Assembly: GCA_001643675.2 (NCBI GenBank)
Contig: LSRY02000046.1
Span: 730,034-794,033 of the forward strand
From: Monocercomonoides exilis PA203
Taxonomy: Eukaryota; Protista; Preaxostyla
DNA: 64,000 bases
Reading direction: 5' to 3'
The first letter of the stretch is position 1. Each line of letters starts with the position of its first letter. Below the pieces are notes generated by a model. The model searched no databases, was not told the origin of the DNA, and was given only the letters and a program-made list of their open reading frames with translations. The position numbers and the translations under genes are program-made. Shown here piece by piece: positions 26,010 through 36,853 of the stretch.

Positions 26010-28773
26010 TTATTCCCTTCTTCTCCCGTGCATTTGAAATTCTTCTTCACTTTCACCTGGCCCGCTGTTCTGCTCCTCCTCGTCCCACGTCTTCCTCCTT
26101 CTTCTCTTTTCGTTTTCTTCTTCCTCCTTCTCATTCTCTTCAAATGCTTCTTCTTCTTTTACTTCTTCTTCTTCATTCTTTCGACTTTTCCCTCTCTTTC
26201 CTCTTCTTTCCTCTTCCTCTTCCTCTTCCTTGTCACTTTCGAAATCTTCCTCTTTCTTCGCTTTGGGTCTTATTTTAATGCTAACTTTCTTCTTTGCCTC
26301 TTTCACATCTTCTGCTTCCTTTGTCTTTTCTTTCCCTTGCCACAGCAACCTCTTTCTTCGGCTCTGTTTTTTCTCTTCTTCTTCTTTCTTCTTCTTCTCT
26401 TCTGCTTCGATTTCCTTCTGTGTCTTCACATTTTCATTGCCCCAGCCTTCGTCCTCTTCATCATCATCATCTCCTTCTTCTTCTTCTTCACCTCTGTCCT
26501 CATTTCTTGCCTTTCTTGCTTTCTTTCTTCTCTCCCACTGCTCTTCTCTAACATCATCCTCTCCTTCATCATTTCTCTTCGAACGCCTATTAAATCCATC
26601 ATCATCATCGTCGTCATCATCATCATCTCTTCCCTCCTCTTGCTCTTCTTCATACTCATCATCCTTCTTTCCTCTCCCTTCCCTCTCCTTCCTCTCTTCC
26701 TCCTCACTTTTCCCTTTCCCTTTCTTCCCACTCCACCCTTTCCACGACCCCATCCCCCATATCTTCTTCGGCACGCTCTGTGAACTCGGCAGCCCTGGCG
26801 ACTGACTGTCAGGAGAAAAACCAGGCGAAGACGAATGGAACCCCTTTGCAGCGCGAGCGGACGTAGCAGGTGTGGCTGGCGTGGCAGGAGCAGAAGGCGT
26901 GGGAGATTGTGCTGAGCCTCCGTTTTTACGCCAGAAAAACACTTTTGACCCAAAATCGGCTTTGCTTTTCGGTGTGGCGGAGGAAGGTGAGGAAAGTGAG
27001 CCGTAGGGGTCGCTTCCACCAGTTGGCGTGGACAAATACGGAGAATTATCAACTTCATCATCATCATCATCATCATTGGCTCCTGCTCCTGCTGCTGTTC
27101 TGTGTGTGGATTTTCCTTTTGATTTTAATGAGGATTTTTTGGTTGAGTCCACAAATTGATTCTCTTTGGATGCATATTTATCCTTTTTTGTTGATGTTTT
27201 CGGTCTGTCCCAATCATCATCTTCTTCCTCCTCCTCCTCCTCCTCCTCTACATTTCTCATTCTTTCTCTTTCCCTTTCTCTGTTTCTCTGCTTGCTCTGC
27301 CTCTGCCTCTCTCTCCTCAACTGCTCATCTGCATCGTCTTCTTCAAATCCAGCCACATTCGCATCCTTCGCGCTTCCTTGCTTCGCTTTCCCCTTCGAAA
27401 GCCACTTCGCCCCCGTCTGCCAGAGCGACTTCGTAGCAGACACAGACATCGACGTGAGCTTCGAGACACCCGCCGCGGAAACAGAGAGAATCTTGTTCAT
27501 TTTGGAAGACGAGGCAACTTGAGGCGTAGAAGATGAAGGAGAAGACAGAGAGCCATATGGATCGTCGGGATATTCATTAGGTTGCTGTGAATATGAATGT
27601 GTTTTGGATCTTTCCGATGGATAATCCCTGTATTGCTTTCCTTTGGGCGTCTGGCCGGCTCTGGCAGGCACTGGAGACCACTCATCCCTGGCATCACTAT
27701 CTGCATCATCAAATTCTTCTTCTTTGCGGGCGCTTTTATTTCTATTACCTGCCTTTTGAGCTCTTTTCTGACTGTCTTTGGCATTTACTTCCCACTCGCT
27801 GCTGATGTCCTCTTCTTCTTCGCTGTTTTCTTCCTTTTTCGCTTTTTGAGAGCTTTTCAATGTTATTTTCTTGATGGGTTTTGGAGAGCCCGATGCATTT
27901 TGTTTTAAGGCTGTCGAATTAATGCCTTTGGATTTTTGAAGTGCATTAAATGTCAAAGGAGCTTGCTCATCACTGTCTGGCTCTTCACTGTGATCTTCTT
28001 CGTCTTCATCTTCATCCCATCTCTTTTTGCGTGATCTTTGTGGATCGCTTTCATCTTTATCTGAAAGATCGTCATCACTCTTTTCTCGAGTTTTTTTGCT
28101 TTTAAGAGATGTAAGTCGGACAGAAGATTCTTGCTTTTGTTCATGCAGATCAGCTTCCTGAGAATTCTGAGTCATGTACAAAAATGGCTCATCTTCATCA
28201 TCATCAACTTTTTTATCAGTTAACATTGACCCTGGCGAACGTATTTCTTTTTCAATTTTCTCCTGAAGATATTTCTTGTACAATTTTGCTGCTCTGGATT
28301 TGTACTTTTCAGAAACAGATTGTTCACTTTTTTGTGAATTCCATCCATGATTAAAGAAAAATTCGTCTGCCCGCTTATTACCACCCAATTTCAGTGAAAG
28401 GAATTCATTATCCTTAAGAACATCTAGATCGTACGATCTTAATAAGAATTTGTTTGAATGTTTTATATTTAAATCAACTCTTAAAAAAAGAAGCATACCT
28501 CACATAAGAAACCATTGGTCCCAGTGAACGATGAAATGCAGCACATTTGATGCACAAAACAATGCCATATGTTGCAGACATCCAGCCTGTTGTAAAAGCT
28601 CCACAATCAAAGCATCTCTAACCAATGAAATCGACAAAAACAATTTTGTCAGATAATTATGCTGAATGCGCAAAAAGCGTCCGGAATTAATATTATCATA
28701 CCTTATTATCCTGTTGTGCTAATATCGATAAGAGCTGCTCGCGCTGCTCATTCAATTCTTTTGAAATTGACAT
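26010..28773 (-). CDS. ADP-ribosylation factor GTPase-activating protein (ArfGAP1/2/3-type; ~872 aa) with long acidic/basic disordered tail
   Basis: Exons 28702-28773, 28499-28617 and 26010-28437. The zinc finger CFDC-x16-CIKC-x4-R ([32 protein letters not shown]) is followed by SYVRSYDLD and [13 protein letters not shown]. Confidence 0.9.
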
Positions 28774-29291
28774 TTTATAAAGAATTGATGATCCGAAACC
28801 ATTTATTTATAAATCATTAAAAGGATTGGTTATTCCCGAGCTTTATATCAATTTTTGATAATAAATATTTTGCGATGAATTGCATAGAATTGAAATGTTT
28901 CGATAATTTTTCATATATAAAATGAGATATATTGAGAATCAAATGAGATGGTTTCACCAATATCTGATTATTTGCACAGACAAGACACAAAGAAAAAACT
29001 TTTTTTTTTGATGGCATATTCTTTATAAAAAAAAAAGAAGTATAATTTTTATCAATTTGATATTTTTCAAATCCAACTTTCGCATTTAATGATGAGAAGA
29101 ATTTTTTTTTATTCGTACAACAGTTTTTGCGATGAATCAACATGAGAGAATTTTTTCTTAAATCTTTCTATTTTTTCAGCACAAATTTGTTAAAGAAGAA
29201 AAACCAATTGTTTGCATACAAAAACAATTTTCAATTAATAAAGTACATTTTTAAGATCAAATTTGTTTTTTATATTTGACCTAACTGCTTT

Positions 29292-31664
29292 ATGTCTGAG
29301 AGCGGTTATACGCGAAGTGGAGGCTTTGCTCCACCGGCACCCCCACCACCTCGATTGGATCCTGCTTTTAGTGTTACTTTTCGCACATCTGAGATTTATG
29401 CTTCTTCATCAAACCATCAGCGATGGAAGACTTCGTCATTATTTGATGATGACGACGAAAATGACAATAAAGAACATGAATATGATTCGAGAAGATTAGA
29501 TTCATCTTTTCCAACACAAAGAAAAAAAAGCAAAATCGAGTTAAAAAAAAGTTCTGTTAGAGACAGTGGAACAATTGATGAGATTCATCATTTTGATGTT
29601 AAAACAATAAGAGAAAAATATGGTGCTGATGATTTTGTTGATGATGGTTATAGAACCATTCAAAGATCACAGAAAAAAATCCCTGAGCATTCATCAGGAA
29701 TAAAAAAACAACCTCTCACATTTGAGGCCGAACCTTCTTATACTCTACGAAAAAAACATTCTGATGATATTTTTGATGATGATTTTCGGACAATTAAGCA
29801 AAAACCACAAAAGGCAACACCAGAGAAAGCTTCAACTTCAATTTTTGAAGCATCAAATTTAATGAAAACAACGCAAAGCAATACATTAACAAAGCAAAAA
29901 TCGTCAGCAAAAATATCTGGTGTATTTGACGACGGTGATGATGATTTGATGACTGGGTATGAAGAATTGCCTCCACATTTTATTCCTCCAGGCTTTTACA
30001 CCATTCCTGGAGAAGACGATGAGCACAGACAGGCTCGACTCGAAAGAGCGCGGAGAGAATTCCAGCAGATGCGTGCACAGTCTTTGAAAGAAAGGCGAGA
30101 AGCACAGGAAGAAGAACGGCTCAATCGGATGGAAGAGAAGCGCAAAAAGAAGCAGCAAGAGATGTATGAGCGATATTTGCTGCAAAAGAGGGGGATAAGA
30201 GGAGGAATAGTACAAAGTAATGACTTGGGAAGGCAAACAGATTTGAAAAAAGACGAACTTAAAAAGAAGAAGAAGGAAAAAAAGAAGGAAAAGAAAGAGA
30301 AGAAAGAGAAAAAGAAGAAAGAGAAGCAATCGAAGTTCTTTAAAGAAGAAGATGAACTGAAAAAGAAGGAAAAGGAAAATGAAAGCGACGACAGCAGCAG
30401 CAGCAGTGATAGCGATTCAAATGAAGATTCAACTGGAGAGAAACCAGAGGCCAAAGCAGAAGAAGCTTCAAAAAGCGAAAGAGATGGAGCTAAAACGGGT
30501 ACCTTTTCAAAGCGCGAGGTGGTGGAGTATGCAGTCACAGTGTCCAGAGAAGCAAAGCCTGTGGAAGGCAGACGAGAAGCTAGGCGAGGGGGCATCTACG
30601 ACGACGAGTTTGATGAGGAAGAAGAAGACAACGACGATGACGACGAAGTTGCAGTGCTTGCTGTGCCTTCTGCGGAAGACAGTAAGATTGTGGCGGATGT
30701 GCGGCACGAGCTGAACGAGATGGAGCTTGTGATCGACGAAGACGAGTGTGTTGTCTCAGAGCGTGTGCACGTCTCTCTCAACAGCACTGTCTTTAAAGCA
30801 GACTGGCGCGGCGTCGAGGTCGCCATGAAGCGCTTCTCAGACAGCTACACCAATTTACCTGTCTTTGCACAGGAGCTGTACTTGATGCTGAAGCTGCGGC
30901 ACGACAATGTCCTCCCCATTCTCGGCGCTTCGCTGAACCCGCCTTTCTTCATCACCCCGTTTCTGCCCCGCGGCTCGTTGTATTCGCACCTGCATGAGCC
31001 TCTTGCCTACTCCCAAAAGTTGCTGTGGCCCACAAAGCACAAGTGGATCACGGACATTGCAAATGGCATAGCCTACTTCCATTCATTGAACCCACCCCAG
31101 TTCATCGGCGACCTCCGCTCCTCGCACATTCTGATAGAAAAAGACTGGTCACTTAAAATTGGCGGGTTTGGTTCGCTTCTGCGCATATCGATGATGAATG
31201 CATCGATGGAGAGTCGGAGGAAGAGCAAGCTAGCAGAGTCTTCTTCATCCAGCTCTTCCTCCTCTTCCTCCTCCTCCTCTTCATCTCCTCCTCCTCCTTC
31301 TACTATTTCTATTCTGTCATCTGCAGTCAACATCCCACCGACTGTGCAGATCACACAAGCTGCGTGGGCTCCTCCCGAAGTGCTTGGGCTGCGTGTGCGG
31401 CTGAGCCCGAAAAGCGACGTTTATTCGCTGGGCGTGCTGATGTGGGAGATTGTGACAGAGCAAGAGCCCTTCAAAGGGATGACTGCGAAGGACATCAGAG
31501 AGACAGTCGTGTCGAAGAACCAGAGACCACCTTTTCCGCAGAGCATGGCGTCGGATGTGCCTCCGGAGATTGTGGGGATTATTAGCGATTGCTGGCACCT
31601 GGAGCCAGAGAGGAGGATCACCATTGATGAGGCAAAGAGAAGAATTGCTGCGCTACCTCATTGA
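29292..31664 (+). CDS. TKL-group protein kinase-like protein, predicted pseudokinase (790 aa, single exon)
   Basis: C-terminal kinase fold: VFKADWRGVEVAMK, QELYLMLKLRHDNVL, FLPRGSLYSHLH, DIANGIAYFH, WAPPEVL, KSDVYSLGVLMWEI, CWHLEPERR. The HRD, DFG and Gly-loop motifs are degenerate. Confidence 0.88.
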   Translation: MSESGYTRSGGFAPPAPPPPRLDPAFSVTFRTSEIYASSSNHQRWKTSSLFDDDDENDNKEHEYDSRRLDSSFPTQRKKSKIELKKSSVRDSGTIDEIHHFDVKTIREKYGADDFVDDGYRTIQRSQKKIPEHSSGIKKQPLTFEAEPSYTLRKKHSDDIFDDDFRTIKQKPQKATPEKASTSIFEASNLMKTTQSNTLTKQKSSAKISGVFDDGDDDLMTGYEELPPHFIPPGFYTIPGEDDEHRQARLERARREFQQMRAQSLKERREAQEEERLNRMEEKRKKKQQEMYERYLLQKRGIRGGIVQSNDLGRQTDLKKDELKKKKKEKKKEKKEKKEKKKKEKQSKFFKEEDELKKKEKENESDDSSSSSDSDSNEDSTGEKPEAKAEEASKSERDGAKTGTFSKREVVEYAVTVSREAKPVEGRREARRGGIYDDEFDEEEEDNDDDDEVAVLAVPSAEDSKIVADVRHELNEMELVIDEDECVVSERVHVSLNSTVFKADWRGVEVAMKRFSDSYTNLPVFAQELYLMLKLRHDNVLPILGASLNPPFFITPFLPRGSLYSHLHEPLAYSQKLLWPTKHKWITDIANGIAYFHSLNPPQFIGDLRSSHILIEKDWSLKIGGFGSLLRISMMNASMESRRKSKLAESSSSSSSSSSSSSSSSPPPPSTISILSSAVNIPPTVQITQAAWAPPEVLGLRVRLSPKSDVYSLGVLMWEIVTEQEPFKGMTAKDIRETVVSKNQRPPFPQSMASDVPPEIVGIISDCWHLEPERRITIDEAKRRIAALPH

Positions 31665-33009
31665 AGAGAAAAAGGAAAAAATCAATGAGGTGGTTGGAGA
31701 TCATTTTTATTTTGTTTTTTGTTTGTTTCTTTGTTTCTTTGAAAGGCAAACAATTGATTTCTTCGTTGTTGCCTTTGCATTATTCTATTCTCTTGTTTAT
31801 TAAAGCATTCATAATGTTTTTGAACTAACTGTTGTATTTCCTTGTTAACCTTGTTGTGTTTTTAGAATTATGCTTTTTTTATATGTTTGAAATGTTTCCT
31901 TCCTTTTCTTTTCTTTTCTTTTCATTTCATTTTTAATTCTTGATTTTTATTTTTTTTTTTCTATGATTGTAGAGAGCTAATTTTTATAGACGCAATCATT
32001 CACTTCAACTTTGGACACTTCGTTGTTTTTATTGTACTTGACTTTTCTATTTGTTCACTATGGAAAGGTTGTATTATTTTTTTCATTTATTATTTAAAAT
32101 TTTTAACTCAGACAACAACTAACACCAGAAATAGAAAATTCAATTTGTTTAATGAAATTTCATTAAATTTTGTTTAATTTTTTTTTTTATGTTTTCATTT
32201 TTCTGATTTTTTCGAAAATTATGTACCAAAAATTATTCGAATGCGAAAAATGATTATCCAATTTCAAAAAAGAATAAATCAAATTCGGAATACGTTTCAT
32301 TAAAATTAATATGGAAATATTTAAGAGACATTTCAATCATTTCTAATTCATTGTTTCAAGATTTTAAAATTCTCGATTCCACAGGTTAAAAATATTTTTA
32401 ATAAAATATCTTTCGAAAATTTCCTTATCTGGGACAAAATATTTTGCTTCAAGCATTTTCATTGAAAAATTATGCATCAAAGATGAACTTTTTGTGATCA
32501 AAAAATATGTAAAAAATGTGTTTATTTTTTGGAAAATATGTGAGGTCACAAAACATTTTGTGATTATATCAATGATGTTTGTTTACAATTATGAAAATCC
32601 AATTTATTTTGAAATTTGATAAAATTTTAAAAAGTTTTAAGTGAAACTTTTTTTCTTGCTTTGTGCATAAAAAGCTTGAAAGTCCGTATTTTCCTCCATC
32701 TAAAAATTTATTGATTTTTTTAATTTCTCAGATAACAATAAATTTTCTACATGCACTCACTATTTTTCACATAAATGAAAATTGTCATGTTGCTCAATGT
32801 TTATTTTCATTCCGGTGAAATTTTGTGTAAGGAAATAAAATTTTGATAAAAATTTGAGATTATCATAAAAAAATGAAATAAAAGCCGAACGAAGTTTTCA
32901 AAAAAATTTTTTTATCATAATTTTTGTCAAATTCAACTCATTCTCCTATTTTATCAAACATGTTTCATTTCAAAGAAACAATTTTTTTTTCATTTGGGTG
33001 TGAAAAATA

Positions 33010-33192
33010 TTCAAAAACAGAGAACTTATAAATTAAATAATATAATTTTGTGCTTTCAATAATAAAAAAATATTTTTCTTTGAACTGGTTATTGGTTGAG
33101 CGTCGGAAAGTGCTTTGAGTCAACTTTTTGATGGGACTATTTCGCTCACACTCTATACAAAATAACTGTCGATCTATCCAAAAATGTTGATC
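33010..33192 (+). repeat. Left terminal inverted repeat (~183 bp)
   Basis: TTCAAAAACAGAGAACTTATA...GAGCGTCGGAAAGTGCTTTGAGTCAAC...AATAACTGTCGATC is the reverse complement of 36284-36469. Only one substitution (33176) and one 3-nt indel were seen. Confidence 0.93.
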
Positions 33193-34199
33193 GAATCTTC
33201 AATTGTTTATTTAATAATCTTTTATTTGTTGTCTAAACAGGATATAATCACATCGAAAACAATCACGTTCGTTAATAGTCACATTTTTCGATGCACACAC
33301 ATTTTTAGCTCATTTTTCATTCATTTTCCATTGCAAATAATCGAAGGTCTGAAAATGAATAGCAACATTTTTCATTATTGTGCGTGGTTCAATCAATGAA
33401 AAATCGATTATTTAATTGAAAATTTCAGTTTTTCTCAATATTCAAAATGTACTCAAATATGTCAAAATAATGTGTATTTAAGAAAAAAATTAATTTCGCA
33501 AGTGAAAAATGCGTTTAAATGAAGAATTTTCAAAAAAACAATAATTTGATCCAAAATTAATAAAGTAATTAATTAATTTTTATTTTTATTTTTTTTTTTT
33601 TATGTGAAAAGCAGCATCGTATATTATTTCAATCGGATAAAGTCACAAAAAGTTGTGCAAAAATCAATGTGATTTTTTCCGATTCAGACTGTATTTATTT
33701 ATTTATTAAAATAATGATTATTTTGAAACATTTAAAACTGGCAGTTCCTATTTCGTTATTTATTAATGAGCATAATTTATTTATAAGATGCTCGAACAAT
33801 TTTAAAAAAAACTTTCAATCACTCAGAATGTTCCAACAGCAGAAGAATGTTGTGTAAGTCCAGATTTGATGCAATTCACTTATTTACTGAAAGATAGTAT
33901 TCAAAGTGTTGTTTGCATGAAAGCTTTATTAAAGAAAAAAGAAACTGAAGCACACAAAAGTTGACAAATACGAGAAGCTAATGATTTGAAATGAAAAGTA
34001 ACAAAAAACTGTACACTCCAGCTTCGTTTGAAAAAATGAAAAAAGCTTGAATATTTGTTTCATATTCATGGTCAAGCAAAGAAAGAGTCATGGAAGGTGA
34101 AAGAATGATTGCTCAGGACAATGATAATCTCCAGATATTTATCAAAATTGCATATATGTGGGATATTACACAATTTTTTTAAAAAAGAGAAAAAAAAAG

Positions 34200-34925
34200 A
34201 TTGTTGATAACGAAACTTTGAATCAGATAGTTTGAGAAAAAATGAAACTTAACACGCTTAAAACTTTGAGAAAAGTTGTTCATGAAATGGCAAATGCAAG
34301 CCATTCTATTGGGAAATCTTCGGTTCATTAAATAATGACAGAAAGCAACAGCGAGGTTCACAAGCTCACATAATTTTCTTTTCAGAGAATAGCCGTGCGA
34401 CTATCAACAAAAAAAAACTGAGGAAAACTAACTGTGAAGAATAAACTTTGATGAAAGACTTATCAAGTGATTACGAGAAAGTGCTGTTTCTTTTTTTATT
34501 GACGAGACTTCTTGGAACAAAAGCTGCATCAGACAGTACAATTGGTCGGAAAGTGAGGATAAAGTGCTGGCTCCTCCTTTTCATTTGTTTCAATCTATTA
34601 CTGCCATCACTTCAATCTCAATGAACGGAATACGATATACAGAAGTTGTTCGAAGATCAATTATCAAAAAATGTTTGAAGTTTATTTGAAAAGATTATTG
34701 TTATCAATCAAAAAATTTTTCACATCAGAAATAGTCACGGACAATGCATCCATTCATCATGTGAATTCAAATAAAATTCTTATGTTATCAAAACATTAAG
34801 TTCTCTTTCAATTCGCTTTCTCTCCAAATATCAATTTAATCGAAAATGCTTTTCGCATCGGGATTGTTCTTTTTGAAAAGTCGCGAATGTTCAATATATG
34901 GTTAGGAAATAAATTGAACCTTATT
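34200..34925 (+). pseudogene. Degenerate IS630/Tc1-type DDE transposase
   Basis: HTH-like TLRKVVHEM...SIGKSSVH*IM...FSFQR, then FFIDETSW (D1 at 34501), SITAITSISMNG, IVTDNASIHH (D2 at 34740) and FSPNINLIENAF (E at 34842). There are several in-frame stops and a frameshift near 34670. The 5' start is uncertain (possibly ~33790). Confidence 0.85.
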
Positions 34926-36283
34926 TGATCATTTTTTTCAATAAAACTTTCACACTTTTAACTTTTCCAATTAGAATATTCAAGCATATTTGTAGTGAGA
35001 TATGAACATTAAAGAGAAATTCCACAGATGAATTGTGAAAACAGACCAAAAAACGTTTCGATTTAAAAACCAATATATGAAACATTAGTGATATTTCGAA
35101 AAGAATAACCCATTGAGAAAGCCAAAATTGAAATGGAAAGATAAGTTTCATTTCATATCAATGAAACTTCTTTCTTTTCAGAAAATTGCAGTATGCATTA
35201 CAAAAAAAAAAAAAAAAAAACAATCATGAATGCAAGAAAAAAAAAGAAAGAAAAAAGAAAAACGATAAAAGTACTTTTTTTCAAGAGAAAAAAGGTGTGA
35301 AATATTCTACTCATGTCATTTTGTTTATTTCAATAAAATCATTTTTAACATGGGGAAAAGTATAATTCAACAGGCATTTTTATAGAAAAATTATATCCTT
35401 TTGATTATCTTTCTGTTTTCATAAAATATCAACAAAATAATTTCGTTTTTTGAAATACGTTTGAGACCATAAAATAGTGTGTGATGATGTCATTGATACA
35501 TGCAAACAGAATTGAAAAGACAAATAATTTTTTAATTTGAGAAAATTTCACAAAGTTAAGAGTGAAACAATGATTTGTTTCTTCATACAAAAAAAGCTTG
35601 ATAGTTCATATTTTCCACTTCATCCTCTAAATTCACAAATTATGGAAAAGAAATAGTTTCAATCATTGTTTCTATTCATTTTTTTTTGATGAAAAAATAT
35701 TGATTGAATAAAAAAGGAAAATGATATAAAAATCACAATGTTTCAAATTACTCTATTTATTGATTTTTTCTTGTCAAACATATTCGAATGAAAAAATATT
35801 TTCACAATAATCTTGATTGTTTTAATAATTTTTTTTGTCAAAAAATATGAATGTCAAAAATCAAACCAACTTACATCTTTGTTTCTGCAAATTAACCAAG
35901 AATAACAAAAAATTCATGATTTTGAAGCTTCAATTCAATTTTGTTACAAAAAAGACAATAAGTTACTAGATGATTGTCCTTTCCAAACAGAAAAGTTTGA
36001 AACAAAACAAAATAGATATTTGATAATTTCCTGTTCGTTGAAACTGAAGGTTTTCGAAAGATCAAGAAATAAGAATTTGAAATATTATTAATATTCCAAC
36101 ACAAAGAAACAACCAAAATAAAATGAAAATAAGGATGCAATGAATTTATTTTCGAAAATAGTATCTCAAATGTTTATCATTCTTGAGGAACAATTCCAAA
36201 GAAACCACTTTATTGAGTCTTCTGCTTTTGTTATTATCCTCTTTTTATAATTTGTCTGAAAATGTTTTTCAATCAAACGGTAT

Positions 36284-36469
36284 GATCAACATCATTTTTG
36301 GACAGATCGACAGTTATTTTGTATAGAGTGTGAGCGAAATAGTCCCATCAAAAAGTTGACTCAAAGCACTTTCCGACGCTCAACCAATAACCAGTTCAAA
36401 GAAAAATATTTTTTTATTATTGAAAGCACAAAATTATATTATTTAATTTATAAGTTCTCTGTTTTTGAA
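36284..36469 (-). repeat. Right terminal inverted repeat (~186 bp)
   Basis: Reverse complement of 33010-33192. Confidence 0.93.
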
Positions 36470-36853
36470 TATTCAATATTGGAACTGTATTTATTGCACA
36501 ATAAAAATCTCTATAAAAATATTTTCTATAATGTTAAAAAAAAAAATTGAATTTTCCATACAATTGAGTATGCAAGAGCTTTCATTCCAAAGTATCAAAT
36601 GAAAAATTTTTGATTCTGTACATTAGTATATTCATAGAGTACAAAACAAAGATTGATTTTTTTTAAATACTTTTTTTATCTAATTGATCAGCGATAAAAA
36701 ATGAATCTCACATATTTTCATGTAAAAACTTCAATGAGATGAGTATTTGTGCAGTTGAAGCGATAAATTGCTTTAATAGTCAGTCAAAAATCAAAATTAT
36801 AAACTACTCAATAATCCCAATATAAAATATTCAATTCGAATATCATCCAGTAA

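Larger units (their letters stand above)
33010..36469 (+). mobile_element. IS630/Tc1/mariner-superfamily DNA transposon, non-autonomous (decayed transposase), ~3.46 kb, probable TA target-site duplication
   Basis: Terminal inverted repeats at ~33010-33192 and ~36284-36469, flanked by TA at 33008-33009 and 36470-36471. The interior contains a DDE transposase relic. Confidence 0.88.

Noticed and set aside
1-28773. Functional membrane-trafficking gene cluster (WDR44, FYVE-like giant, COMMD4, ArfGAP)
   Set aside because: The genes are interspersed with unrelated ones (XPD, biotin ligase), and trafficking genes are common enough for chance adjacency.
34200-34925. Stop-codon readthrough producing an active transposase
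   Set aside because: Both TAA and TGA stops occur together with a frameshift and eroded motifs (SPNINLIE versus SPDLNPIE), which fits neutral decay.
31700-36850. Short F/I/L/K/N-rich ORFs in AT-rich spacers (also 16815-17000, 22708-22908, 28817-29143, 43669-43881)
   Set aside because: Their composition is that of random AT-rich DNA, with no motifs. Some overlap TIRs or UTRs.
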